Below, in pieces: positions 18,946 through 26,647 of a stretch of 64,000 nucleotides of DNA. Numbering within the stretch: position 1 is the first letter of the stretch; the number at the start of each line of letters is the position of its first letter. The stretch covers positions 1,315-65,314 of the forward strand of contig DGHT01000045.1 in assembly GCA_002392765.1 (NCBI GenBank), given 5' to 3'. The position numbers and the translations under genes were made by a program. Under the pieces are notes generated by a model that was not told where the DNA came from, searched no databases, and was given only the letters and a program-made list of their open reading frames with translations. This DNA comes from Verrucomicrobia bacterium UBA3841 (GTDB lineage: Bacteria > Verrucomicrobiota > Kiritimatiellia > RFP12 > UBA1067).

Positions 18946-20163
18946 ATGATATCCAGATGGCAAGAAAATAATCTAATACATGGGCTCAAGGTGCGTCGCG
19001 GCATCCATCTTACAGGTGCTAGACAGGTAGGGAAAACCACACTGGCAGAAGCCATAAGCATAGATTCTGTCGTGCATCGCTCTCTGGACAAGTCATCACA
19101 AGTCAGGGCGGCAAAATCCGATCCAGAGCTGTTTGTGCGTAGGAAAGGGGCTGAAACCATTGTTATTGATGAAATACAAAAAGCGCCCGAGTTGCTTGAA
19201 GAGATAAAACTCAAAGTTGACCACGACAATTCGCCTGGCCAATATCTTCTTACCGGCAGCTCAAATCTTCGTTTCCTCAAATCTGTAAAGGATTCGCTTG
19301 CCGGACGGTTTGGCACAATCAGGTTGCGAACGCTAACCCTTGGTGAACTAAACGGCTCTGCTCCCGACTTTCTCGACCAGTTATTCAATGAAGACTTCAG
19401 GAGAGCTTCAAAGGGCTTTGACAAACCATCACTAATCCATGCAGCCTTCATGGGCGGCTATCCGGAGCCGCTTGAGTTTTCGCATAGAGACAAGAAAGAC
19501 TGGGTGAAGAACTACCTCAATGATATTCTGACGAAGGACATAAAGGACATAACGGAGCTTAGGAAGCTGGATTCCTTGAGTGCAGCCGTGCTTTGGCTGA
19601 TGGCCCACACGGCTCAGCTCTTTACAATCGAGGAGTTCGGCGCCAAAGCCGGACTCACGCGAGAAACATCCCAGACATACATAGCCGCGTTGACAGCGCT
19701 TTACCTCTTCGACAAGGTCCCAGCATGGGCGAAAAGCGATTATGACAAAATCGGGAAACGTCCAAAATACATCATCACAGACACCTCGCTCGCCTCAATC
19801 ATGCTGGGCTGGCACGAAGACAATGTGGTTTTCGACGAACACACAAACGGGAAACTTGCGGAGTCCTGGGCCTATCATGAGATAGCCGCCCAGGCTGATA
19901 TCACAGGCGACTACAGCATAACACATTACAGAGACAGTGACAAGCGCGAAATTGATTTTGTCGTTGAGCGCGACGACGGACATTGCGCCGGGATTGAGGT
20001 GAAATGCGGTTCCTCCGTCGGGGATGAAGATTTCAAGCATCTTAAATGGTTTCGTGCAAAGTTCAATATGGACCGATTCACAGGAATTGTCCTTTACACG
20101 GGAAACGACGTGCTGAGTTTCGGCAATCACATGTACGCCGTCCCCTTTGCGAACTTGACCTGA
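18946..20163 (+). CDS. AAA+ ATPase with DUF4143-like C-terminal domain
   Basis: Start taken at MISRWQENNL, preceded by GGAGA. Walker A is GARQVGKTTLAE and Walker B is VIDEIQK. The C-terminus is REIDFVVERDDGHCAGIEVKCGSS. Confidence 0.8.
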   Translation: MISRWQENNLIHGLKVRRGIHLTGARQVGKTTLAEAISIDSVVHRSLDKSSQVRAAKSDPELFVRRKGAETIVIDEIQKAPELLEEIKLKVDHDNSPGQYLLTGSSNLRFLKSVKDSLAGRFGTIRLRTLTLGELNGSAPDFLDQLFNEDFRRASKGFDKPSLIHAAFMGGYPEPLEFSHRDKKDWVKNYLNDILTKDIKDITELRKLDSLSAAVLWLMAHTAQLFTIEEFGAKAGLTRETSQTYIAALTALYLFDKVPAWAKSDYDKIGKRPKYIITDTSLASIMLGWHEDNVVFDEHTNGKLAESWAYHEIAAQADITGDYSITHYRDSDKREIDFVVERDDGHCAGIEVKCGSSVGDEDFKHLKWFRAKFNMDRFTGIVLYTGNDVLSFGNHMYAVPFANLT

Positions 20164-20201
20164 CGCTCCGCAAAAAACGGCAATCCGCCCCGTGCCGCAC
20201 C

Positions 20202-20403
20202 GGTAGGGCTGGCGTTCCACCGCCAGCCGCCCCACCCGCCGACCCAAGGAGGTGGAGCGTCCCGCTCCGCACGCCGCACCGATAGGGCTGGCGTTCCACC
20301 GCCAGCCGCCCCACCCGCCGACTCAAGGAGGTGGAGCGTCCCGCTCCGCCCGCCGCACCGGTAGGGCTGGCGTTCCACCGCCAGCCGCCCCGCCCGCCGC
20401 ACC
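20202..20403 (+). repeat. tandem array of REP-like units (two full units plus one H1-only)
   Basis: The units span 20202-20280, 20281-20359 and 20360-20403. They are directly abutting with no spacers. Confidence 0.85.
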
Positions 20404-20424
20404 GGAGCTTGCATCCTTCTGCCA

Positions 20425-21090
20425 CTACCGCAACATCCCATAACCAGGTATCACGACTTCGAGCGGACCGTATAACTCGGGCGCATAATGGTATGGCGCG
20501 ACAGAATATTCTGCGAAAACGAAGTGCAGACCATCCTTGCCGACATAGAAATTCTCCGAAAGCGAGGCGAGTACCTCGTTTGCCGTCGGCAGCAAATTCA
20601 TTTCCCCGCCGATCTTGGCGATTACGGCCTCTCGCACCCTTGCAATCGCCTCAGCGCGTTTGCCTTCCGGGATTACGTCGGCGGTAGTCAGCCGCTTCCC
20701 CGTCCTCACATCTATCGTCCCGACTTTGACAACCGTGCCGCCATGCGCTCCACCAGTGTACCTGAAGCATTCCGCACGATAGCTGAAGAACGTCCGTTGG
20801 TCGGTATAAACCACCTTGTATTCAGACTTGTATTCCCGTGTGGTCAGCATGTAGAACCCGCCGCCCTCCGGCTCGAAATAACTCGCCAGGTTCGTGTCGC
20901 CAAAGACATCCCGAACCTCGTTCACATAGCAATCCAGGTAATTCCTGAAATCGCTCGCAAAGGCATCGGCATCCTTCACAACAGAGTCGCACGCGCCCCC
21001 CTCTCGTCCAACTTCGCCATATCTGCACCCGCCCACCAAAGCGATACCCAATACCAGACAGCCGATTATGATCACGATGCTCTTTTTCAC
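20425..21090 (-). CDS. lipoprotein with DUF4163/DUF3298-like domains
   Basis: 221 aa with a GTG start and lipobox LVGGC. FRYTGGAHGG is characteristic of the DUF3298 (RsiV-like) fold. Confidence 0.6.
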   Translation of the reverse strand: MKKSIVIIIGCLVLGIALVGGCRYGEVGREGGACDSVVKDADAFASDFRNYLDCYVNEVRDVFGDTNLASYFEPEGGGFYMLTTREYKSEYKVVYTDQRTFFSYRAECFRYTGGAHGGTVVKVGTIDVRTGKRLTTADVIPEGKRAEAIARVREAVIAKIGGEMNLLPTANEVLASLSENFYVGKDGLHFVFAEYSVAPYHYAPELYGPLEVVIPGYGMLR

Positions 21091-21279
21091 GGCATCTCCT
21101 CCCTATCCAATTCACCAATGGCAAGAAGCAGCCCCAAGGTCGATTCCAATATCATCGCGACAAAACAGCTTTGACATGATGCTCATACTTGCGTTCCTTT
21201 CTATGTGATACTCGCCTTACTCGAATATACGATCCTCTCGCAAAATTATGACAAGGCTGTTCCCGACATCCCCGCCGTA

Positions 21280-22569
21280 CTATCCGTTGAACAGCACTTC
21301 GCGAAGCTTTTCCGGCGACGCTTTGCAGTTGCGCGGAAGGCTCAGCACGAGCGAGCAATTCTCCGGACGGAAAATTTCGGCCGCAAGACTCTGCAGGTCG
21401 GAAGCCGATACGCTGCGAATACGTTCCACTTCCTCGTCGATTCCTTCAATTTTCTTATGATTTTCCAAACATCCTTTAAGTATGTTGTATTCACCCTCGC
21501 AGTTGGCTTCGTTCCCCAAGATGGCGATGCTGGCAAACTTCTCGCGCAGGAAAGCGAGCTCTTGGCGTCCGACCGGTTTGCCGGCGAGCGCCTTAAGCTC
21601 GTGTCCGCAGAGTGCGAGCGCCTTCTCGATCGAATCAGGAGACACCTCGGCGCTAATGCATATCGTTCCATTATCTTCTTCCGCGCCGAAGAAGGCCCCG
21701 ACTGCATAGGCAAGGCCGTGGCGCTCGCGCACGCTTCGATACAGGCGGGAACTCGAACCGCCTCCGAGGATGGACGTCAGAAGCGTCTGCGCATCCTTGC
21801 GGGGATCCGAGTCCGCCACGCCTCGAAACGATATGATGAAGCCCGCACCCGACTCGTCGCAGCGATCCACCGCGACAGGTTTTACGGGCCAATCCGGGGA
21901 GGCCCGGCGGTAGCGAGGCTCTGGCGCGTCCGAAAGCGCGTCGAACACGGGACGGACGCGCTCGACGATCTCATCATGGTCGACCTTTCCCGCCGCGATG
22001 AACATCGCGCCCCGCGATGTGTAGCGCGCGCGGTGGAACGCCTTGAGAGAATTCGCGTCGATAGACGCTATCGACTCCGGCGTTCCGATGATCGGCCTGC
22101 CGAGCGGATGTCTGGGCCACAACGACTCGTTTACAAGATGAAAAAGCCTGCTGGCCGAATCGTCTGCCGCCATCCGGATTTCCGAGAGAATTGCATTGCG
22201 CTCGATCTCGATATCCGGCTGGGAAAAGAGCGGATGTGCAATCGCGTCTCCCAAGACTCCAATGGTTTTTCCAATGCCGTAGGCGGGAACATGCGCATAG
22301 AACCTGGTCCAGAGATCCGACGTCTCGGCATTTTTGCACCCGCCGAATCTGCCCAGAATGCGATTGATGATTTTCTGCGATGGATACTTCTCCGATCCAC
22401 GCAGGACCATGTGTTCTGCAAAGTGGCTCCATCCTGCCTCGGACGCCTTCTCGCGGCGGCTGCCCATCGGGATGTGGAACCCGAGATGGCAGACGTTCGA
22501 CCCCTTCATCTCAGACGTCGCGACGCACGCCCCGTTTTCAAGCTTCGTGATCTTCACATTCTCGAACAT
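21280..22569 (-). CDS. M16-family (pitrilysin/insulinase-like) zinc peptidase
   Basis: 429 aa. It carries the inverted zinc motif HFAEH (HxxEH) followed by the RGSEKYP region. Confidence 0.8.
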   Translation of the reverse strand: MFENVKITKLENGACVATSEMKGSNVCHLGFHIPMGSRREKASEAGWSHFAEHMVLRGSEKYPSQKIINRILGRFGGCKNAETSDLWTRFYAHVPAYGIGKTIGVLGDAIAHPLFSQPDIEIERNAILSEIRMAADDSASRLFHLVNESLWPRHPLGRPIIGTPESIASIDANSLKAFHRARYTSRGAMFIAAGKVDHDEIVERVRPVFDALSDAPEPRYRRASPDWPVKPVAVDRCDESGAGFIISFRGVADSDPRKDAQTLLTSILGGGSSSRLYRSVRERHGLAYAVGAFFGAEEDNGTICISAEVSPDSIEKALALCGHELKALAGKPVGRQELAFLREKFASIAILGNEANCEGEYNILKGCLENHKKIEGIDEEVERIRSVSASDLQSLAAEIFRPENCSLVLSLPRNCKASPEKLREVLFNG

Positions 22570-22602
22570 TTCTTCGTTCCTTTCGTTATGTTACTTTTAT
22601 GT

Positions 22603-22728
22603 TTAACAACCCTTGAACAGGAAGATGAGTACAACCAGAACTATGATTATCCCCAAACACCCTGAATTATCATCTCTGTGAATATGTATCCACTCATCCG
22701 ATCTTGCGTGAATATGGCGATGTCTCAT
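22603..22728 (-). CDS. small His-rich membrane peptide (41 aa, not in ORF track)
   Basis: My own translation is MRHRHIHARSDEWIHIHRDDNSGCLGIIIVLVVLIFLFKGC. A strong SD (AAAGGAGGGAAAAATG) precedes it, and it has one hydrophobic helix. Confidence 0.3.
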   Translation of the reverse strand: MRHRHIHARSDEWIHIHRDDNSGCLGIIIVLVVLIFLFKGC

Positions 22729-22798
22729 TTTTCCCTCCTTTTTCAGTTTATGAGATTAGTTTGTATGTCGGCGTTGTCTTTTATCGACTAATCATACA

Positions 22799-23566
22799 CT
22801 ACCCTGCGATGCCATCTACCGAATCGGGCGTCCGATCTCTTCTATGCACGCATTCCGCACCTCGATACGAAATTTTCAGGTCTTTCGAGCATGACACGAA
22901 CACCGCGTCCAACGGTTCGTTTTCCAGATGTCGAGGTAGCGACACGTTCTTAAGATGCCTACATCCAAGAAACGCGCACCGCCCTAAGCGCATCACACTA
23001 TCGGGTATTGTTATGCTTTCAAGTTGTATGCAATCATCAAACGCATTCTCCTTGATTTCTTTAACACCATGGGAAATCGTTACATGCAACAGACTACAGC
23101 AAGATGAAAATGCATACATAGGAATACTCTCTAATGTCGAAGGTATCGTCACGCGTACTAATCCATAGCACATGATGAATGCGGAAAAGCCCATCCACAC
23201 GACACCTTCCGGTATGTCCACCCACCTCAGTCCTTCGCATCCAGCAAATGCGCATTCTCCAATAACCCTTACGCTTGGCGGAATCTTGACGCATGTCAAC
23301 ATCGGACTGTATGCAAACGCAGATTCACAAATCCATACCACACTATCCGGCATAGTCACACCTGTCAATTCGCCGCAACCAGCGCTAAACGCAAGACCGC
23401 CTATGCGCTTGACAGGGAGACCCTCTATTTCGGAAGGTATCGCGACATACCCATGCGCCGCTTCCCCCCAAGTAACCGTAACATACGGCACCGCTTCATC
23501 AGCAGCATTGCCGCCAATTTCAACTTCATACTCCAGCTTCGCACCTGGCAATCTTATCTTACCCAT
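22799..23566 (-). CDS. BspA-type leucine-rich-repeat (LRR_5-like) protein
   Basis: Start taken at MGKIRLPG, preceded by AAGGAGGA. There are repeated roughly 23-aa units of the form IP.SV..IGE.AF..C..L..V.IP. Confidence 0.7.
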   Translation of the reverse strand: MGKIRLPGAKLEYEVEIGGNAADEAVPYVTVTWGEAAHGYVAIPSEIEGLPVKRIGGLAFSAGCGELTGVTMPDSVVWICESAFAYSPMLTCVKIPPSVRVIGECAFAGCEGLRWVDIPEGVVWMGFSAFIMCYGLVRVTIPSTLESIPMYAFSSCCSLLHVTISHGVKEIKENAFDDCIQLESITIPDSVMRLGRCAFLGCRHLKNVSLPRHLENEPLDAVFVSCSKDLKISYRGAECVHRRDRTPDSVDGIAG

Positions 23567-23689
23567 TCCAGCTCCTCCTTGCTTTGTTTTCATAATTGCT
23601 TGTCTATATTGCCTTGCAAATATGCTTTTAAATCCCCAGTCCCATGTCACAACCTTCTCTTTGTCCTTCGCGGTGTACTACAGACCTCT

Positions 23690-23962
23690 TTATTTTCCCA
23701 CATAAACTTTCGGAGGAAATAACCCCAGATACACTTCTCCTTTTCTGGGATGCCAAGTCGTGCGCGAATACTCCCCACTTCCTCCGCATTTGCGGCAAGT
23801 CTTTCCATGGACTTTGCCAGAACCATTGCAGCGGAAACATTCGCCGCTTACCTCCTTGTACCTACAACCGAATAAGTTTTTACCACGCTTCACACGTGTA
23901 TCACGCTTATTACCTGCGAAAGCCGATAGGATCGCGCACCCAACCAGAAGCTCTACGATCAT
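23690..23962 (-). CDS. small membrane-anchored protein with DnaJ-CR-type zinc finger
   Basis: Start taken at MIVELLVGCAILSAFAG, preceded by AAGGAGGA. The motif is CFRCNGSGKVHGKTCRKCGGSG (two CxxCxGxG units). Confidence 0.5.
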   Translation of the reverse strand: MIVELLVGCAILSAFAGNKRDTRVKRGKNLFGCRYKEVSGECFRCNGSGKVHGKTCRKCGGSGEYSRTTWHPRKGEVYLGLFPPKVYVGK

Positions 23963-23978
23963 CTCATCCTCCTTACTT

Positions 23979-24506
23979 TTAACCATTTTTCTGATACACA
24001 CCCATGCCGCCACATTTGCGACACGTTTCCCCCGTTTTATGGAACACTCCTGTCCCATTACAGCGGAAACATATGCCGCTGTATGACCTTGAATAGCCAG
24101 GGAGTATCACACCCCTGCGTCCGCGCCACGAGCCAACAGATTCCCCATCTTCCCCATAATGCTCAAGCTTGTCACAATTCCCGAACAATCCGCAATTCAT
24201 AGTCTTTACAGACTTCTTGACCCGCCCGTGTTCAAACTCCAACTTCTCAACATCGTGCCCCCAGGCATCTTTCTTGATGCTGCCTTTCCCGACTCTTCTT
24301 CCATCCCGATAGACCTTGACATCCGTCCGATCGCCAAAGAAGCCTTGCCCATGCTTATACTCCTTCGTTGTCCCTGTGTCGTAATTGTGGACCACCGTCT
24401 TCTTGTTGCCCCAGAAGTCCCTAGTCCTAGTAATCGTCGTTCCAGACTGCGTCAGATAGTTGAACATCCTTCCGAGCAGTCCTGTCTCGCGTCTTCCATG
24501 TCCCAT
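23979..24506 (-). CDS. protein with C-terminal DnaJ-CR-type zinc finger (paralogous finger to 23690..23962)
   Basis: Start taken at MGHGRRETGLL. The upstream part of the track ORF would run through the AT-rich promoter region. The C-terminus is CFRCNGTGVFHKTGETCRKCGGMG. Confidence 0.5.
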   Translation of the reverse strand: MGHGRRETGLLGRMFNYLTQSGTTITRTRDFWGNKKTVVHNYDTGTTKEYKHGQGFFGDRTDVKVYRDGRRVGKGSIKKDAWGHDVEKLEFEHGRVKKSVKTMNCGLFGNCDKLEHYGEDGESVGSWRGRRGVILPGYSRSYSGICFRCNGTGVFHKTGETCRKCGGMGVYQKNG

Positions 24507-24643
24507 GGCACACACCTTTCTATTTGATCTACCCGATGGCACCCACTCGAGCGCCTCACTATATGTCTGAAATCCACAAACAGCCCTCCTTACCCCATTT
24601 TGACAGCATAATCTATTTATTTTAATATGTATACCTATTGGTA

Positions 24644-24672
24644 TTGACATTTCATATTTAAAATGATACAAT
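24644..24672 (+). promoter_or_regulatory. near-consensus sigma-70 promoter for the RtcR-like gene
   Basis: TTGACA (24644-24649), a 17-nt spacer, then TACAAT (24667-24672). The ATG follows 38 nt downstream. Confidence 0.55.
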
Positions 24673-24709
24673 GCCATCAATTAAAAGTTGAGCAGGAAAG
24701 GACCGCCTA

Positions 24710-26647
24710 ATGGACAGCAAAGGCAGAAAAGTTGTTGTATTCTCTTTTTTCGACGAAACAGAGGACTATCGCGGCATAATCAATGCCGCACTTAGAAAAG
24801 ATTGGGAGAATGAGGTTGACAAGTGGGCAGAGAATAGCTATTCAGGAGAAAGACCCTCAAGAAATAAATATAAGAAAAACAGCACCAAAAAGTTTTCCGA
24901 AACACATAATCCAGAAGAAATTGACAAAACGTACTGGCGGCCATCCACCGCCTTGGCACTCTCATTACGGGAAAGACAAAAAATTACCATAGACGAGTAT
25001 CACCTATTCTATCAACCGAAATTAAAAGATCACGAAAGCGAGCAACTCAATGGTACACACTATATTAAGGATGCAATTGAACGTTTAGTGCCAGGCATTA
25101 AAGTTAATCTTGAGAAAATTGACATAGGCAACGGTCACAATCTCAAGATCGTGTACGAAAACCTCTTTACATACTTTCTGAATTACTTTAATCCATCACA
25201 AGCAGACGCTAACACCACGAACATTCGATATCTAGTCCACGTCACATCTGGTTCACAGGCCGTCCGCATGTGCCTCTTTCTTCTCGCCCAGAACAGATGG
25301 ATACCAGCTGAATGCATTCAACTCTGGACAACAAAAAAGAACGATCCAGTCGGGGAATGCTCAATAACAGCGCTTGGGGCTTCGACCAAAGGGGAAACCA
25401 AGCTCTTGCAGAACGACCCCGAATCCCTTGGCGAAATTATCGAAACAAGAGATAAAGACTACAGCAACACACTTGCATATATTAAGCGGATTGCAGACAA
25501 AACTAATGAACCAATCTTGCTATTGGGCGACACTGGAGTCGGAAAATCCCAAATTGCGAAGTTAATATTCGACCATCGTAAAAAATCCCTTGCAAGCAAA
25601 GATGACTATATATCAAACAAAAACAATGAATGGATTACAAAGGATGGAGCCTTTAAATGGGTTAACTGTAGCGGCCTCGACGACGCTCTTGTAAATGACA
25701 CTCTGTTTGGGCATGTGAAGGGTGGGTACACAGGCGCGACAGAGGACAAAGCTGGGCTAGTAGAACTGGCCTGTGGAGGTGTGTTGTTTCTGGATGAAAT
25801 AGGCAATCTCCCTATCGAAACACAAGGGAAATTGCTTACTCTCATTGACGAGCATAAATTCAACCCCATTGGTGATCGCGGAGCGCCAAAAGAATCTAAA
25901 TTCCTCCTCATCTGCGCTACCAATGAATGGATACCAGATCTAATTGAGAAAGGTAAGTTTCGCCGTGATCTTTTTGAACGTATTCGTACTTGGACATTCC
26001 GCATTCCAAATCTTAAAGAGCGCCCGGACGACATTGACCTTAACATTGACAACCTGTTAAAGATCTTCAGCAGAGACAATGGCACCAATATTCAGTTCAG
26101 CAACGAACTGTCACGCCAAAATTTCCTATCCGCCATAAAAGGCATGACGTTCAATGGTAATTTCAGAGAACTAAGACGGATCATATGGCGTATGGCAACC
26201 ATTGCCACACTTGAAAAACACGTCATTGACGACAGCATAATTCAAGACGAAATCGAAAGACTCAAAAGCGAGCAGGAATGGAATAACAAGTCCTCGTCCA
26301 AGCAAGTGCAGTCACCACCCAAGATAGCATCTATCAACGAAACCTTTGCCGACAAAGTCTTGAATGCCATCCACCAAAAATATGACATCAAATCTAATAT
26401 CAACAACATTGAACTTCATCAACTGCGGCACGTTATTGAGGTTTGTTTACGAAGCAAGACAGGTGCGGCCGCTGCGAGAGAACTGTTTAATGTAAGTTTA
26501 AAAGATAAAGGCAATGGTTTAGGCGCTAAAAGCAATGCCTCCGATTATATGAGCCGTTATTTTAGGCGAAAAGCCATTAGCCAGCTAGGCATCGACTTTG
26601 ACACGATTAAGTCTATCGCAAGGGAGCTCCGCCAAAAAACTACTTGA
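24710..26647 (+). CDS. RtcR-like regulator: CARF-like N-terminal domain, sigma-54-interaction AAA+ domain and C-terminal HTH
   Basis: 645 aa that is collinear with my recollection of E. coli RtcR. The matching blocks are YLVHVTSGSQAVRMCLFLLAQNRWIPAECIQLW, Walker A GDTGVGKS, LFGHVKGGYTGA (a GAFTGA-loop variant, 25721-25738), GGVLFLDEIG, GKFRRDLFERIRTWTFRIPNLKERPDDI and NGNFRELRRIIWRMA. Confidence 0.85.
   Translation: MDSKGRKVVVFSFFDETEDYRGIINAALRKDWENEVDKWAENSYSGERPSRNKYKKNSTKKFSETHNPEEIDKTYWRPSTALALSLRERQKITIDEYHLFYQPKLKDHESEQLNGTHYIKDAIERLVPGIKVNLEKIDIGNGHNLKIVYENLFTYFLNYFNPSQADANTTNIRYLVHVTSGSQAVRMCLFLLAQNRWIPAECIQLWTTKKNDPVGECSITALGASTKGETKLLQNDPESLGEIIETRDKDYSNTLAYIKRIADKTNEPILLLGDTGVGKSQIAKLIFDHRKKSLASKDDYISNKNNEWITKDGAFKWVNCSGLDDALVNDTLFGHVKGGYTGATEDKAGLVELACGGVLFLDEIGNLPIETQGKLLTLIDEHKFNPIGDRGAPKESKFLLICATNEWIPDLIEKGKFRRDLFERIRTWTFRIPNLKERPDDIDLNIDNLLKIFSRDNGTNIQFSNELSRQNFLSAIKGMTFNGNFRELRRIIWRMATIATLEKHVIDDSIIQDEIERLKSEQEWNNKSSSKQVQSPPKIASINETFADKVLNAIHQKYDIKSNINNIELHQLRHVIEVCLRSKTGAAAARELFNVSLKDKGNGLGAKSNASDYMSRYFRRKAISQLGIDFDTIKSIARELRQKTT

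Noticed and set aside
20202-20403. Possible CRISPR array (regularly repeated roughly 79-bp units).
   Set aside because: The units abut directly with no unique spacers. The same unit occurs singly at four other intergenic sites, and no cas genes are present. I classify it as a REP-like tandem repeat.
24537-24552. TGGCAC-N9-GC on the plus strand upstream of the RtcR-like gene.
   Set aside because: The GG-to-GC spacing is one nucleotide too long for a sigma-54 promoter. A near-consensus sigma-70 promoter at 24644-24672 already accounts for this gene's transcription.
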